Virus record (IMG/VR): IMGVR_UViG_3300036780_000209 | Location: 102,499-166,498 of that record | Reading direction: 5' to 3' (one strand) | From: a virus | Length of the DNA: 64,000 nt | In this document: positions 63,574 to 64,000 of the stretch, in pieces | Position numbering within the stretch: position 1 is the first letter of the stretch | How the letters are laid out: the number at the start of each line of letters is the position of its first letter | Position numbers and translations under genes: made by a program | The notes under the pieces: model-generated | Databases searched by the model: none | What the model was told of the DNA's origin: nothing | What the model saw: the letters and a program-made list of their open reading frames with translations, nothing else

Positions 63574-64000
63574 GCTGGGCCGTCCTGCAGTCGGGATCCA
63601 ACACCGTCACCTCGGGGGGTAACGGGACCTTCACCTTCAGCACCGCGAACCTCACCAGCGGATCCAAGATCATCTGCTGGGTCGTGGTCAGCCTGTCCGG
63701 CATCACGGAACCGGTGACGGCAGTCAAGGACGGGTCGAATAATGCCCTGACGCAGCTCGCCAGCGTCCCCCCGGGAGTCGGCACTAACACCTGGGTCGAG
63801 TTGTGGGCCATGGACACCCCAGCGGGGGATGCGGGGAGCAAGCCCACCCTGACCGCCACGGCCCTCCCCAATTTCGGCATCACGATGCTCGTGGAAGAAG
63901 TCACCGGCCTGCTGGCAGGAAATACCTCCGCGATGCTGGACGGCACCCCGGCGACGAACACCGGCACGAATTCCCCGGCGACTAACGGCGCTTACAGCTC
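63570..64000 (+). CDS. Thr/Gly-rich virion-type protein (partial)
   Basis: GTGA overlap. Frame VSWAVLQSGSNTVTSGG... is open to the window edge. Confidence 0.55.
   Translation, partial: MSWAVLQSGSNTVTSGGNGTFTFSTANLTSGSKIICWVVVSLSGITEPVTAVKDGSNNALTQLASVPPGVGTNTWVELWAMDTPAGDAGSKPTLTATALPNFGITMLVEEVTGLLAGNTSAMLDGTPATNTGTNSPATNGAYS

Overview
This is 64 kb of a large, high-GC contractile-tailed actinobacteriophage whose gene content resembles mycobacteriophage cluster C myoviruses (judged from memory, no search run). Most genes are on the minus strand. In transcription order they are: prohead protease/scaffold polyprotein, capsid accessory proteins, major capsid protein, a block of small early-type genes, a candidate origin with two perfect DnaA boxes, an ~8.8-kb array of 43 tRNAs covering all 20 amino acids, neck/virion genes, intein-containing RtcB, tail sheath, tube, frameshifted chaperone, tape measure, a LysM-Rpf-NlpC/P60 hydrolase and baseplate genes. 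The most unusual signals are non-coding. (1) A stem-closed 178-nt spacer RNA in the tRNA array reproduces the 23S rRNA uL11-binding (GTPase-associated) domain around a ~100-nt insertion. (2) A ~377-nt RNA directly behind a conserved 262-aa gene holds two circularly permuted tRNA modules and CAAGCT repeats. (3) A second tandem permuted-tRNA RNA and many other stem-closed cassettes lie between the tRNAs. Mobile endonucleases show unusual insertion modes: an HNH gene lies antisense inside the still-open protease frame, and an I-Ssp6803I-like gene sits between an intact and a half tRNA-Asp. Coordinates were counted by hand and may be off by a few bases. Family names come from motif recognition, not database searches.
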